Part shown: positions 30,890 through 40,445 of the stretch, piece by piece
Position numbering within the stretch: position 1 is the first letter of the stretch
Layout: the number at the start of each line of letters is the position of its first letter
Notes under the pieces: generated by a model
The model's input: only the letters and a program-made list of their open reading frames with translations
What the model was told of the DNA's origin: nothing
The model's database searches: none
Translations under genes and position numbers: made by a program
Source: an uncultured Candidatus Saccharibacteria bacterium
GTDB lineage: Bacteria; Patescibacteriota; Saccharimonadia; CAILAD01; GCA-016700035
DNA: 64,000 nt
Reading direction: 5' to 3'
Assembly: GCA_964391595.1 (NCBI GenBank)
Contig: CAYMMM010000002.1
Coordinates: 16,843 to 80,842, forward strand

Positions 30890-33031
30890 CTACTTTGATT
30901 GAGCAGCTTTTTTACTCAAATTGAACCTTCCTTTGTCGTCTTTTTCGAGCAGTTTCACCTTAATCTTATCACCTTCATTGAGTTCATCGCTCACTTTTTC
31001 GACACGATGATCGGCAATCTGACTAATGTGTACCAACCCTTCTCGACCAGGCATAAACTCAACGAAAGCACCAAATTCCATAAGCTTCACTACGGTGCCA
31101 TCATATATCTTCCCCACTTCCGGATCAGCCGTGATTGACTCGATCCACTCTTTGGCACGAGCAGCTTTTTCAGCATCTTCAGAATAGATCATGACTAAGC
31201 CAGAATCTTCAATATCTATCTGAGTATCGGTCTCTTCAGTAATCCTATGGATAGTCTCTCCGCCCTTACCAATGACTTCCTTAATCTTCTCTGGATTGAT
31301 AGTGATCTTTGTAATGCGCGGAGCAAATGGTGACATCTCGGAGCGCACTTCTGGGAGAATCTTCATCATTTCGCCCAAGATATGTGCGCGTCCTTCCTTA
31401 GCCTGCGCTAATGCGTCACGCATGATATCAACCGTAATGCCTTTCACCTTGATATCCATCTGGAGTGCAGTAATGCCCTCGCTTGATCCAGCTACCTTGA
31501 AGTCCATATCACCGGCAAAATCTTCGGCCCCCTGAATATCAGACAGAATGATGTACTTCCCTGGGTTCGCATGATCGATCACCAAGCCCATAGCGATGCC
31601 TGATATTGGCCGCTTGAGCGGCACGCCGGCGTCCATGAGTGAGAGGGTGGAGCCGCAAACCGAAGCCATGCTGGTAGAGCCATTTGAGCTCAAGATTTCG
31701 GACACCACGCGTATAGCGTACGGGAAGTCTTCCATAGCTGGGATCATTGGCTCGAGCGCGCGCTCCGCGAGTGCCCCATGGCCAATCTCGCGACGACCCG
31801 TGCCACGCAATGGTCGAGCTTCACCGGTAGAGTATGGCGGGAAGTTATAGTGATGCATGTAGCGTTTACTGGTGTCTTCTTCCATCGTATCAATCAACTG
31901 TGCAAAACTGGTTGGAGCAAGCGTCGTCAGGGTAAGAGCCTGTGTGGTGCCGCGTGTAAAGATAGCTGAGCCATGAGTACGTGGAAGCACACCAGCTGCA
32001 CCTGAGATTGGGCGAATTTCGGTCGTCTTACGTTGATCTGGGCGCTCACCGTCCTCGAGAATTGCCCGTCGAATCTCATTATCAATTGCCTTCGTAAACG
32101 CCTCTTTGACTTGCCCAGCCGGAAAACGCTCTTTATCGTCTTCCATCTCTGCCGGCAATGGACCAAATTCGGTCAGCACAGCCTCGCGCAGCTCATTTAT
32201 GGAGTCTTGACGCTTCAGGCCATCAGTATGGCGCACGTATTGACCAAGCTTACCATCGAGAAACTGCTCGATCTTAGCAGTGAGCTCTTCATCAGCCTTG
32301 AAGAGGTCATATTTTTGTGGCTGTACACCCATCTCTTTGACCATTTGCTCTTGAAGCTCAATAACAGGTCGCCATGAGTCAATCGAAAGCTGCAGTGCCT
32401 CGAGCATAGTATCCTCACTCACCTCTTGTGCGCCTGCCTCGACCATCATAATGGCATCCTTTGTCCCAGCGACAGTGAGGTTGAGCGTACTACTCTCCTG
32501 CTCACTATTTGTTGGGAATGGCACGAGCTTACCATCGATCTGCGCTATGCGAATCCCAGCAACCGGACCTTCAAATGGCGCACCAGTCAGCATCAAGGCA
32601 CTTGACGCTGCAATGATCCCAATAATGTCTGGTTCGTGCTCCATATCAACTGAGAGCGGCATCACAACAACTTGGACGTCATTACGATAGCCCTTTGGAA
32701 ACAATGGCCGAATTGGTCGGTCGATTAGGCGGCAGGTCAGAATAGCCTTCTCACTTGGTCGACCTTCACGCTTGATGAAGCGACTGCCGGAAATCTTGCC
32801 GGCAGCATACATGCGCTCTTCGTAATCAATTAAGAGCGGGAAGAAGTCTTGATCTGGCTTTGGCTCTGGTGCAACAACCGCTGAAGCAAATACCACGGTA
32901 TCACCGTAACGCACGGTCACTGCTCCAGTTGCTAAGAAGGCCAGATTGCCGGTCTCGATAGTCAGTTTTTTACCTGCAAATTCAGCTTCAAAGGTGGCTT
33001 GCTTACCACCAAACGGATGAATGATATTCAT
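30890..33031 (-). CDS. pnp: Polyribonucleotide nucleotidyltransferase
   Basis: RREIGHG, SNGSTSMASVC, GDMDFKVAG, KH and S1 domains. Confidence 0.99.
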   Translation of the reverse strand: MNIIHPFGGKQATFEAEFAGKKLTIETGNLAFLATGAVTVRYGDTVVFASAVVAPEPKPDQDFFPLLIDYEERMYAAGKISGSRFIKREGRPSEKAILTCRLIDRPIRPLFPKGYRNDVQVVVMPLSVDMEHEPDIIGIIAASSALMLTGAPFEGPVAGIRIAQIDGKLVPFPTNSEQESSTLNLTVAGTKDAIMMVEAGAQEVSEDTMLEALQLSIDSWRPVIELQEQMVKEMGVQPQKYDLFKADEELTAKIEQFLDGKLGQYVRHTDGLKRQDSINELREAVLTEFGPLPAEMEDDKERFPAGQVKEAFTKAIDNEIRRAILEDGERPDQRKTTEIRPISGAAGVLPRTHGSAIFTRGTTQALTLTTLAPTSFAQLIDTMEEDTSKRYMHHYNFPPYSTGEARPLRGTGRREIGHGALAERALEPMIPAMEDFPYAIRVVSEILSSNGSTSMASVCGSTLSLMDAGVPLKRPISGIAMGLVIDHANPGKYIILSDIQGAEDFAGDMDFKVAGSSEGITALQMDIKVKGITVDIMRDALAQAKEGRAHILGEMMKILPEVRSEMSPFAPRITKITINPEKIKEVIGKGGETIHRITEETDTQIDIEDSGLVMIYSEDAEKAARAKEWIESITADPEVGKIYDGTVVKLMEFGAFVEFMPGREGLVHISQIADHRVEKVSDELNEGDKIKVKLLEKDDKGRFNLSKKAAQSK

Positions 33032-33074
33032 GTGTATCCTTATATTCTTTCTCTAAGCTGCACCGACTCTTTGT

Positions 33075-33138
33075 CAGGTGCCAGAGAACATATGACCAAG
33101 GCGTCCTTGACGCGTGATCCTATCTACTCTTTCACCTG
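33075..33138 (-). promoter_or_regulatory. Long imperfect hairpin in pnp 5' leader (candidate RNase III site)
   Basis: CAGGTG/CACCTG, AGAG/CTCT and inner GCGTC/GACGC pairings. Confidence 0.55.
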
Positions 33139-33224
33139 CACTATGATATGCAGCCGCAAGTTATTAATTATTCATGCATGTATTTTACTACAAAATACGC
33201 ATGATCGTTAGTTTCTGGGGTTAA

Positions 33225-33343
33225 GACGTAGTATACGGTGATGAAGTGCAAGGCGACCTTGATGAACGAACCGAACCGTACACAACAGTACGACGAAGGA
33301 GCACCGCAGAAGCCAACACTGCAATTCGCACCGTATGTGCGTC
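33225..33343. repeat. ERIC-like palindromic element, copy 2
   Basis: GACG/CGTC, ATACGGTG/CACCGTAT, GAA.TGCA/TGCA.TTC; apical CGTAC-ACAACA-GTACG; GCAAGGC and GCCAAC as in ERIC. Confidence 0.7.
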
Positions 33344-33345
33344 GA

Positions 33346-33615
33346 TTAACGGCGGAGTTTGAGCTTCTTCACAATAGCTTCGTACCGCTCCTGTGAAGAC
33401 TTCTGTAAGTAGTCGAGCAATCGACGGCGCTTCGAGACCATAGCCAAAAGACCACGACGGCTATGGTTGTCTTGCTTGTGCTTCTTGAGGTGATCTGTTA
33501 GCTGAGCGATCTTTTCTGTGAAAATCGCAATCTGAACCTCAGCAGAGCCGGTGTCCTGTGCATGCTGACCGTGTTTTTTGACCAATGATTTTTTGTCGAG
33601 TTGTGTTGTAGTCAT
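33346..33615 (-). CDS. rpsO: 30S ribosomal protein S15
   Basis: [19 protein letters not shown]. Confidence 0.98.
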   Translation of the reverse strand: MTTTQLDKKSLVKKHGQHAQDTGSAEVQIAIFTEKIAQLTDHLKKHKQDNHSRRGLLAMVSKRRRLLDYLQKSSQERYEAIVKKLKLRR

Positions 33616-33633
33616 AATAGTTTACTCAGTATA

Positions 33634-34299
33634 TCAGATAGGGTGAATATTTTCAAGAGCTACCGCGTCTTGTACATCATACTCACCTATTTTCGTACGG
33701 CGTAGAGCGCTGAGATGTGCCCCAGTGCCTAGCTGACCACCTATATCGCGCGCCAGTGATCGAATATAGGTACCGCTCGATACTTTGACTGTCGCGCGTA
33801 TAAATGGATACAGGTATTCAACATCACACCAGTGATAGACCGTAACCGGCCGTGAGTCGAGCTTCACTTCTTTGCCCTTACGCGCCAGTTTGTATGCACG
33901 CTGCCCACCAATTTTCATAGCACTATAGATAGGCGGAGTCTGCATGATCTCTCCAGTCAATGTATGTAGAGCCTCTTGAACCTCTTCTCGAGTAGGCTGC
34001 CGATCACTTACTTGAGAGAGCTCTCCTTCGAGATCATCTGTCGTAGTATTTGCCCCCAACGTTACTTCGAGTCGATATTCTTTGTCTTGCTTCAGAAGCG
34101 ATTCAGCCTGCCGAGTATACTCTTTTCCCACGAGAAGAAGGAGTAGGCCCGTAGCGAGCGGGTCAAGGGTACCAGCGTGTCCAACTTTCTTGACGCCGGT
34201 AAGCTTCCTCAGCGCCGCTACCGCCCAAAACGAACTCTTTTTGTAGGGCTTATCAACGAGCCAGAGGCCGTGTGGTTCAGTCAGTGTACCGCGCTTCAT
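33634..34299 (-). CDS. truB: tRNA pseudouridine55 synthase
   Basis: KVGHAGTLDPLATG, PPIYSA, SGTYIRSLARD. Confidence 0.97.
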   Translation of the reverse strand: MKRGTLTEPHGLWLVDKPYKKSSFWAVAALRKLTGVKKVGHAGTLDPLATGLLLLLVGKEYTRQAESLLKQDKEYRLEVTLGANTTTDDLEGELSQVSDRQPTREEVQEALHTLTGEIMQTPPIYSAMKIGGQRAYKLARKGKEVKLDSRPVTVYHWCDVEYLYPFIRATVKVSSGTYIRSLARDIGGQLGTGAHLSALRRTKIGEYDVQDAVALENIHPI

Positions 34300-34343
34300 A
34301 ATGAATACAAATAGTATGCGCTTATTGTGTAAATATTACGAGA

Positions 34344-35261
34344 CTACTGTACCGCTTGCACAGCTGGAATTGGCTGTTCTTGGCCGTTTTCGAGAGCGCC
34401 ATCAGATTGCTTAAGCTGTTCGGCTGCTGCCTGGAGCTGCTGGATAGTTTCGCTTGGCAATGCTTGGGCGACTGTTTTTGGGGCAGGTTTTTCTGCAGGC
34501 TTTGGAGCACTATACAAGACTTTTACAATCTCTTGCTGTCGTGCGCCATTACTCATAAGCTGCGCTGCCATGGTGAGAGATTTTGCGGTCGTAGATGCGG
34601 TAGTAAAACGATTTGTCGTAGACATTATGCCCGCAAGCAATGCCGTAGCAATATCTGCGTTCATGAGGCCACTGCCAATCGAGTCGATTGTACCAATTAG
34701 CATCTCACATACGCTTGTCGCATTTTGATCTACATAATTCACACTACCATACTGCTCATTCGAACGATGATAATCGTAATTTATCAGGTGGAGACCATCA
34801 AATAGCGTCGGATTCTGTTCAAGTAGTGCATCGATCTTGGCAATACCCGGCACCCCGACTACGACCACGAGATCAAACTGAAATGCACCATAGGAATAGC
34901 TCGCATCGGACGCAGTGAAATTGCCGGCATGAGGAGTAATCGTAACGTTGAGCTTGCCATCTGCAATATCATACTTAAGCTTCTCTACTTCGGCATTCGC
35001 CAGATCTAGAGAAATAATAAAGTCGCGCACACCATCCAATGTCTTCGAGACTTTACTCACATCCACTACGCCCGTCGCAGTAGGCAAATCGTCAGTAATA
35101 ACGGCATGCGCTTTCTTACCTGCTGCAAGCAACGCTGACTGCAAGGCAAACACACCCATTACCTGATCCAGGGATGGCTGACGTCCTGTTACTATGAGCA
35201 CGCTTTGAGCTTGCTTAAAAAGCTCTGAAGCTTGCTGCTTTGGAGTGATTTCGTTATTCAT
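34344..35261 (-). CDS. DHH-family (NrnA-like) protein with degenerate catalytic motifs
   Basis: DHH fold layout but QPSLD, DYH and STTNRF replace HxxPDxD, DHH and DT. Confidence 0.7.
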   Translation of the reverse strand: MNNEITPKQQASELFKQAQSVLIVTGRQPSLDQVMGVFALQSALLAAGKKAHAVITDDLPTATGVVDVSKVSKTLDGVRDFIISLDLANAEVEKLKYDIADGKLNVTITPHAGNFTASDASYSYGAFQFDLVVVVGVPGIAKIDALLEQNPTLFDGLHLINYDYHRSNEQYGSVNYVDQNATSVCEMLIGTIDSIGSGLMNADIATALLAGIMSTTNRFTTASTTAKSLTMAAQLMSNGARQQEIVKVLYSAPKPAEKPAPKTVAQALPSETIQQLQAAAEQLKQSDGALENGQEQPIPAVQAVQ

Positions 35262-35291
35262 ATCTGTATAATTCTACTCAGAGAATATGTT

Positions 35292-35320
35292 ATTCTACCT
35301 GATTTAAATATCATTGTCAA
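35292..35320 (-). promoter_or_regulatory. sigma70 promoter of DHH-truB-rpsO-pnp run
   Basis: TTGACA-17nt-TAGAAT. Confidence 0.7.
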
Positions 35321-35372
35321 TAGCTTAAGCATTTTTAGTGCATACTTTGAGATATAGTCCAAGTCCTTTCTT

Positions 35373-35401
35373 TTGACAAATCTCCAGGTTTACGCTATGA
35401 T
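35373..35401 (+). promoter_or_regulatory. sigma70 promoter of rpsT
   Basis: TTGACA-17nt-TATGAT. Confidence 0.8.
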
Positions 35402-35480
35402 ACGGCGGTCTTGCTCCTTCGAGACCTCATATGTCAGATATCGAAGTGACGCCAAACTTTCTTAAATAAGGACACAATCA

Positions 35481-35834
35481 ATGCCAATTATCAAATCAGC
35501 GATCAAGCGAGTACGTCAGCAGGCAAAGCGCCAATCACGCAACCTTGCTGCCAAACGACGCATCAAAGCCTCTACCAAGGCTACTTTGAGTGCAGTTGCC
35601 GCAAAGGATCTCAACACCGCCAAAGAATCACTTACCAAGGCTATCTCGCAGATAGACAAAGCGGTCAAGAAAGGCACACTCCACAAAAATACAGGTGCAC
35701 GCCGCAAGAGCGCCCTCACGCGCTCATACAATCAAGCAAGCGACACTGCGTTCGGCACAGAAGGCGCTTCAAGCAAAAAAGCTGCTAAGCCAGTAGCTAA
35801 GAAGCCTGTGGCTAAAAAACCAGCCAGCAAGTAA
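35481..35834 (+). CDS. rpsT: 30S ribosomal protein S20 with Lys/Ala/Pro-rich tail
   Basis: MPIIKSAIKR, IDKAVKKGTLHKN. Confidence 0.97.
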   Translation: MPIIKSAIKRVRQQAKRQSRNLAAKRRIKASTKATLSAVAAKDLNTAKESLTKAISQIDKAVKKGTLHKNTGARRKSALTRSYNQASDTAFGTEGASSKKAAKPVAKKPVAKKPASK

Positions 35835-35836
35835 TC

Positions 35837-36769
35837 TCAGCGAGAAGCTAAGCTAAGCACCAGATCAGTCATGGCCTGGTGCGGTTTTTTTAGGCCTGAT
35901 TTTATTGCCATATCCGCGTCTAGCAAGTCCTGATAACTCAGTGCAAGGTACGCATCCGAGCACTGCTGCGCCTCTTGCTTTGCCCTCGTAGCAGCCGATG
36001 ACTTAACTCCACACGCAGTCAACTCGCCAGTGGTAGCACCAAAATGCACCAACACTAATACTCGAAAATGCCACTGCAATGTAGCCAGGATTTGCTGCTC
36101 ATTACCGCCGGCACCCATCAGCTCGTCGTACCGCCGAAGTGCATCCTGAGGTGCGTGTCGTCGCAGAGCTGCGATGAGATCAAAAATCGAGCTTGATGGG
36201 TCGGCTGCGACTATTTCATCGACCAGAGCCTTCGTTATCTCTCCCCCATCCGCTCCAGCAGCAAGCTTAGCCAGCTCATGTGCGAGTCGCCACTGTGCGT
36301 CTGTGTGCGTTCCTACTCGTTGTATGAGGTACTGAGCAACCGGTCGGCTAAGCACCGCGTCGAGCCCTTTCGCCTCACGCTGAGCCCAGGTAATCATCTG
36401 GGATTCGGTAAGTTGTTCATATATTTTGGCAGAAGGAAGTGCCGCCAATCTCTTATACAACCGAGATCTTCGATCCAGGCCACGACCATCAAGCACTGCA
36501 ACCGTTGATTCGGGTGTTCGTTCGAGTACCGGCATTAATATATCAGGATCGATCTTACCCGCTCCTAGTGCGTGGACTATGAGAAGCCGGTGTGTAAAAA
36601 ACATAGGTGTCGCCATCAGTTGCTGCTCAAGCTGCGGTATTGTCATCTCACTCAAATCACACTCTACCATCTCAAGTGCATCGGTGTACTTCTGGACGTA
36701 CTGTTTACGCAGTTTTTGCAGATGTTGCACGATTGCGTAATCATTATTCCCGCCTAAGAAAACAATCAT
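35837..36769 (-). CDS. holA: DNA polymerase III delta subunit
   Basis: Degenerate AAA+ fold, ELAKL, IFDL, DMAIKSG; next to rpsT. Confidence 0.9.
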   Translation of the reverse strand: MIVFLGGNNDYAIVQHLQKLRKQYVQKYTDALEMVECDLSEMTIPQLEQQLMATPMFFTHRLLIVHALGAGKIDPDILMPVLERTPESTVAVLDGRGLDRRSRLYKRLAALPSAKIYEQLTESQMITWAQREAKGLDAVLSRPVAQYLIQRVGTHTDAQWRLAHELAKLAAGADGGEITKALVDEIVAADPSSSIFDLIAALRRHAPQDALRRYDELMGAGGNEQQILATLQWHFRVLVLVHFGATTGELTACGVKSSAATRAKQEAQQCSDAYLALSYQDLLDADMAIKSGLKKPHQAMTDLVLSLASR

Positions 36770-37659
36770 TTCTTCACCTCGATCTGACAGTGCGGGCAGA
36801 TATGTGTCCCCCGTCCGGCTACACGCAATTTTATGAGTGGTGCACTACAACGCTCACAGGGTTGACCTTCACGCCGGAACACCTTCGCAAATGTCAGATA
36901 GCTCCCTTTCTTGCCCTCTGCATCAACGTAATTCTTATCACTGGATCCGCCAAGTGAAATCGAGAGCTGCATCACCTCACGCAGCGCTTCATAAAGACGC
37001 TTCAACTTTACAGTACTAACCCGCTCGACAAGAGTAGCTGGATGGATCCGAGCCGCATACAAACCTTCATCAGCATAGATATTTCCTACCCCAGCCATCA
37101 CCGATTGATCCATGATGGCAGCCTTGATGCTTGTACGCTTGCGGCGCATGAGGCGCAATCTAAAGCTTTCAAAAGTAAAGTCCGGGCTCAGCATTTCTGG
37201 CCCCAACTTCGCGATAAAACTGTCCTCTGCTACCTTCGCTGTCTCGACAAGTTTCATCCAGCCAAACTTACGCTGGTCATTAAAGAACAACTTAGAACCA
37301 TCCTCGAAACTGATACTCACTCTCGTACTCCTATCCGGTAGCCTGCCTATAAGACTATCGGTCGGATGACCGCCGCCGAAACCTTCCCGCGCCCCTGTCT
37401 TCGTATGAAAGCGGAACACCAGCTGCCCCGTCATCTTGAGATGTATCAGGAGTGAATAGCCCGTATCGAGACCAATAATTAAACCTTTACCGCGTCGATC
37501 GACATCAGTAATCTTAGCGCCAATCATCTGTGAGTCCACGACTTCCGGATCGTTTGGAAAACTCTTTGGCGTCTCCACTTCTACCGAGGTGATAATTAAC
37601 CCCGGCAGCATCGAAAGTAAGCCCAGTCGAATCGTCTCTACTTCTGGAAGTTCAGGCAT
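36766..37659 (-). CDS. mutM: Formamidopyrimidine-DNA glycosylase
   Basis: MPELPEVE, HLKMTG, GVGNIYADE, C-terminal zinc finger. Confidence 0.98.
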   Translation of the reverse strand: MPELPEVETIRLGLLSMLPGLIITSVEVETPKSFPNDPEVVDSQMIGAKITDVDRRGKGLIIGLDTGYSLLIHLKMTGQLVFRFHTKTGAREGFGGGHPTDSLIGRLPDRSTRVSISFEDGSKLFFNDQRKFGWMKLVETAKVAEDSFIAKLGPEMLSPDFTFESFRLRLMRRKRTSIKAAIMDQSVMAGVGNIYADEGLYAARIHPATLVERVSTVKLKRLYEALREVMQLSISLGGSSDKNYVDAEGKKGSYLTFAKVFRREGQPCERCSAPLIKLRVAGRGTHICPHCQIEVKK

Positions 37660-37677
37660 CCATCCCCCAGTCGGCGA

Positions 37678-40437
37678 TTATTCACCAAGCTCACCCCAAT
37701 TTGATCCAACTGCCTCCCCTACTTCAATTGGAACCTTGAGCGTAATAACCTGCTCCATAGTATCTCGCAGGAGCTGCTTAACTTCCTCGACCAGTTTCTC
37801 ATCACATTCGACGATCAGTTCGTCGTGAATCTGTAAAATCATATGCGCCTCACCGTCTAGTTTCGCTAGTTTTGGTGCCAACTGAATCATCGCTAACTTC
37901 ATCATATCGGCAGCTGTACCCTGGAGTGGCATGTTTACAGCTTGACGCTCTGCAGCAGATCGAACAATAAAGTTACTCGACTTCACATCAGGACATGGGC
38001 GCCTTCGGCCATACAATGTTTCTGTATACCCCTCTTCTAATGCCTGTTTTTTCAGCTTTTTGATATACTCCGCAACACCTTTTCGAAGCTCGAAGTACTT
38101 ATCAATAAACTCCTTACTCTCTTCATAGCTCATGCCAGTAGCAACCGACAGTCCATGCGTATTCATACCATACAGCACACCAAAATTGATCGTCTTTGCA
38201 CCATATCGCTGATCCTTCGTAACCTCTTCAGGTTTCACGCCATTCATTTGAGCAGCTGTTAGTGTATGGATATCGATGCCTGACTTGAAGTCTTCAATCA
38301 TCTGCTTGTCATTTGCCATGGCGGCGGCCAGACGCAATTCAATCTGACTATAGTCGGCCGATACAAACATCTTGCCCCTCTCAGCGACAAAGCCCTTGCG
38401 AATTTCACGCCCCAACGGAGTACGGACTGGGATGTTCTGAAGGTTTGGATTGTTACTTGATAGTCTCCCTGTTTGCGCAATCGTCTGCTGATAGCTGGTA
38501 TGCACACGCCCGGTCTTCGGCTGCACGAGAAGAGGAAGCGTGTCCACATACGTACTCTTTAGTTTAGCTACTTCCCGATAATCAAAGATGAGATCAATGA
38601 TCGGGTGTTTGCCGCGCAGCTTCTCGAGTTCGCTCGCAGCCGTCGATGTCCCGCCGCTCTTCACCTTCTTAAGTCCCTCACCCTCGATCTTGAGCTTGTT
38701 AAACAAGATATCCTTCAACTGTTGAGTAGAATTGATATTAAATTCCTCACCTGCCTGCTCATAGATCTGCTCTATGGTTTTTGAGAGACGCTTATCCAGC
38801 TCTTTCGAAAACTTGGCGAAGAACACCGAATCAAGCTTTACGCCCGTGAGCTCAACGTCACCGAGCACAGGGATGAGTGGCCACTCGAGCTGGCGTGCCA
38901 CCTCATCAAGCTTGCCGATCTTCTTAAGTTCTTTGCTGAGCTTCAGATAAAGTCGCCAAGCAATATCGGCGTCTTCAGCAGCATATTTGACCGCCTCATC
39001 GATTGGCACCTGGTCAAATGTTTTTTGATTCTTCCCTCGCGCGCCAATAAGCTCCGTTATCTCGATCATCTCGAGGCCTAATTCTGCCAAGGCTAAGCCT
39101 GATAGCGTCTGTGCTCGCCCCATAGGGTTGATAAGAAAGGCCGCAACCATAGTGTCAAAGCAAATCCCCTGCATCGTCACGCCAGCCTGCTTGATGACCT
39201 GATAGTCGTACTTGATGTTGTGCCCGATCTTCCCGATCTTCGGGCTTTCAAGAACTGGTCGCAATGCTTCAAGCACCGTTGCGGCAGGCAGCTGCTCTCC
39301 CTCCTGATGACCGACGGGTATGTAATACGCCTTACCTTCTTCCCATGCTAACGAGATACCGACGAGATCGGCGGCAATCGGCTCCACCGAGGTTGTCTCA
39401 GTATCAATAGAGAATTCCTTAAGTGTTGTAAGTTTTGCAACGATATCATTGAGCTGCTTCTCGGTTGTAACTGCTTCATATTTGGCAGTCTTCAAGTGAG
39501 TACGCAGGCGATCATGATCACGTGCATCAACATCATAGATATCGTCGAAGAGATTCTTCTGCTGCCCAACCTCGCTCTGCGGCAGCTTCGCTATCAGCGA
39601 CCGAAACTCAAGCTTATGGAGCAACTGCACAACCTTCTCACGATCGTAGCGATGGAGCCGGGCATCCTCGAGCTCAAATTCGCATGGTACATCACGTACG
39701 ATTGTCGAGAGTTCAAGTGATCGATACGCGTCATCCTTCCCAGCCTCAAGCTTAGCGCGCACCGCAGGCTTGATCTCATCTAAGTGTGCATAGATTCCAT
39801 CTAAAGTTTTATACTGCACCACGAGATCCGCAGCCGTCTTCTCTCCAATGCCTTTGACTCCAGGTATGTTATCACTTGAGTCACCCTTGAGTGCTTTGGT
39901 TACTAGGAAACCCTCTGGGTCGACGCCATATCGCGCCTCTACAGCGGCGGGGTCATAGAGTATGGTATCCGAGAAACCACGCTTGAGCGTATAGATACTG
40001 ACATACTCATCCACAAGCTGAAGCTCATCCATATCGCCAGTCACGATAACGACTTCATGCTTCGACTTGAGCTTTTCGGCGAGCGTACCGATAACATCAT
40101 CAGCTTCGTAGCCTGTTACGCCAACGACGGGAATCTCAAACGCCTTCAGAAGATCCTTAGTCACATCAAACTGCGGTACGAGGTCTTTATCTGTCTCCTT
40201 GCGGGTCGCCTTATACTTTTCGTCGAGGTCATGTCGAAACGTCTTACCAGGCATATCCCAAGCCACTACCACGTATTCAGGCTTGAGCTCCTTGATGGCA
40301 TTGAGCAGCATCATCGTAAAGCCATAGACACCGTTGGTTGGCGTGCCGTCTTTCGTGCTTAAAAATGGTATGGCGTGAAAACCGCGATGTAGCAGGGCAT
40401 GCCCGTCAAAAATCGCTACGCGTGATCGATTGGTCAT
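37678..40437 (-). CDS. polA: DNA polymerase I
   Basis: 5'-3' exonuclease (GDSSDNIPGV), 3'-5' exonuclease (DTETT), ADYSQIELR, LQIHDEL. Confidence 0.99.
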   Translation of the reverse strand: MTNRSRVAIFDGHALLHRGFHAIPFLSTKDGTPTNGVYGFTMMLLNAIKELKPEYVVVAWDMPGKTFRHDLDEKYKATRKETDKDLVPQFDVTKDLLKAFEIPVVGVTGYEADDVIGTLAEKLKSKHEVVIVTGDMDELQLVDEYVSIYTLKRGFSDTILYDPAAVEARYGVDPEGFLVTKALKGDSSDNIPGVKGIGEKTAADLVVQYKTLDGIYAHLDEIKPAVRAKLEAGKDDAYRSLELSTIVRDVPCEFELEDARLHRYDREKVVQLLHKLEFRSLIAKLPQSEVGQQKNLFDDIYDVDARDHDRLRTHLKTAKYEAVTTEKQLNDIVAKLTTLKEFSIDTETTSVEPIAADLVGISLAWEEGKAYYIPVGHQEGEQLPAATVLEALRPVLESPKIGKIGHNIKYDYQVIKQAGVTMQGICFDTMVAAFLINPMGRAQTLSGLALAELGLEMIEITELIGARGKNQKTFDQVPIDEAVKYAAEDADIAWRLYLKLSKELKKIGKLDEVARQLEWPLIPVLGDVELTGVKLDSVFFAKFSKELDKRLSKTIEQIYEQAGEEFNINSTQQLKDILFNKLKIEGEGLKKVKSGGTSTAASELEKLRGKHPIIDLIFDYREVAKLKSTYVDTLPLLVQPKTGRVHTSYQQTIAQTGRLSSNNPNLQNIPVRTPLGREIRKGFVAERGKMFVSADYSQIELRLAAAMANDKQMIEDFKSGIDIHTLTAAQMNGVKPEEVTKDQRYGAKTINFGVLYGMNTHGLSVATGMSYEESKEFIDKYFELRKGVAEYIKKLKKQALEEGYTETLYGRRRPCPDVKSSNFIVRSAAERQAVNMPLQGTAADMMKLAMIQLAPKLAKLDGEAHMILQIHDELIVECDEKLVEEVKQLLRDTMEQVITLKVPIEVGEAVGSNWGELGE

Positions 40438-40445
40438 ACCTGATA

